Positions 62,771 through 64,000 of a stretch of DNA of 64,000 nt are shown piece by piece. Source of the DNA: Antedon mediterranea (Eukaryota > Animalia > Echinodermata). A program made the position numbers and the translations under genes. A model generated the notes under the pieces. The model did not search any database. It was not told the origin of the DNA and saw only the letters and a program-made list of their open reading frames with translations. Positions within the stretch are counted from its first letter, which is position 1. Every line of letters begins with the position of its first letter. Where the stretch lies: positions 1,882,101-1,946,100 of the forward strand of contig NC_092677.1 of NCBI RefSeq assembly GCF_964355755.1, given 5' to 3'.

Positions 62771-63174
62771 GAGGTCATTTTAATCAGATTTAGGGTAGCC
62801 ATTTTTTCCATTTTTTTATAATGCATAAATAAAATACTGCGTGCAAAAAAACGATGCGCGATGACTGTTTCAATCCATATTTTTCAATTTAAAAAATAAA
62901 AGTTCAAAGAAAATTTAGAAAAATAGATTTGGAGGTCCCGGAAATTGGACTTATTATACTTCAAAACATGAAACAAAATATATAAGTCCCTATCAAGGTT
63001 GTGACTGAGCTAAGAAATGTTTGAAAAATAGAGATGTTAGGTCCTGGAAAATGCACTTCTTGTACTTCGAAATATGACCAGCTTTATTGTTGGGGCTGAG
63101 CTAAGAAACTGTTTAAAACTAGAGCTGCAGGTCTTCAAAAAATTGCATTTTATACTTCGGAAACATCAGGCCTA

Positions 63175-63640
63175 GATTCAAGATTCAAGATTCAAGAAAT
63201 TTTATTTGTCCATAAAAATGGAAATTCACTTTGCTTGGTAGATTAAAACAACAATATTGCAACAATTTAAAAACGTGCAGTATTATAACAGATTAAAAAT
63301 ACAAGATAAAAAGTTAAAAATACTGTTAAAAATGTAAAACTATTAAAAATTGCATTAACGTCTTACATTAGAATTAAAAATATGAATGCTATTTACAACG
63401 AAGGATTTTCTAGTTCTACAGAGATTTGCTCTTGGAGGTCGTAGCCTAATGCCTGATCTATTTAAGTTATAACAGTAATGTAACGGATGAGTGGGGTCTT
63501 TCATTAAATATTGTTTACTTTTTTTAGAATACTCTTTTCATAGATAAATGAACAAGGCGTTAGATCAGCTTTAATAATACGTTGTGCAATTTTACGTGGT
63601 CTCTCAATATTTTTCTTATCATTTTCAGTAAAGTTACTTA
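63175..63640 (-). mobile_element. 3' fragment of a Rex1/Babar- or L2-type LINE
   Basis: The minus strand encodes TENDKKNIERPRKIAQRII...MKDPTHPLH..NRSGIRLR..RTRKSFVVNSIHIFN with a frameshift, and ends in a (TTGAATC)n tail. Confidence 0.75.
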
Positions 63641-64000
63641 GAGGCTTAAAAAACGCAAGCGTAGACCTTTTTCAGTCGGGGAAATAAGTTTATTCCTCCC
63701 AAGTGTATGCGTGCGTACCATCTGGACTTCCGAGTGGTGAGAAATTCATGACATACAGGACATTGAAAATGTAATAACTTAGCTATAATAAGATGTTGGC
63801 TAAGCGAAAATGGCATGTTTTTTTGTTTAGTAATGGATGAAAAATTTATTTTAGGTGCCCCACGGTACAGAAGGTTACTTGTAAATTAAAAAATTGGTGA
63901 ACATACGAACAATTAACATAATTCAGAAAAGTGCGTACCTAGCTAATGTTTAGTAGTAAGTTAGATCGCTGGCAATAAATGAATGCATAAAAGTGCATAA

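Overview
AT-rich, intron-containing animal genomic DNA, probably an invertebrate deuterostome (echinoderm-like; this is an inference). It is not prokaryotic. Reading splice sites by hand gives these genes in order. (1) A 17-exon Cdon/Boc/Ihog-family Hedgehog co-receptor (+, 1282-12350; 5 Ig + 2 FN3 + TM, ending in ESDV). (2) A tandem trio of secreted CAP/CRISP-like genes with EGF-like and ShKT-like tails (+, 15509-33513). (3) A 3-Ig, GPI-signal lachesin/IgLON-like gene (+, 35125-40105). (4) Two tandem, reciprocally damaged BTB-BACK-kelch-like paralogs (-, 42254-47701). (5) TOMM70 (+, 49400-61163), with a GC-AG intron, a 24-copy array of its own exon-9 end and splice donor, and a 5'-truncated CR1-type LINE in its last intron. 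Introns and spacers hold many MITEs, Helentron-type non-autonomous elements (one carrying two tRNA-Val-like copies), an element with a 9-bp TSD and TAG..CTA ends, SINE/LINE fragments and minisatellites. No CRISPR array or prokaryotic system is present. All family assignments come from recognised motifs, not database searches.
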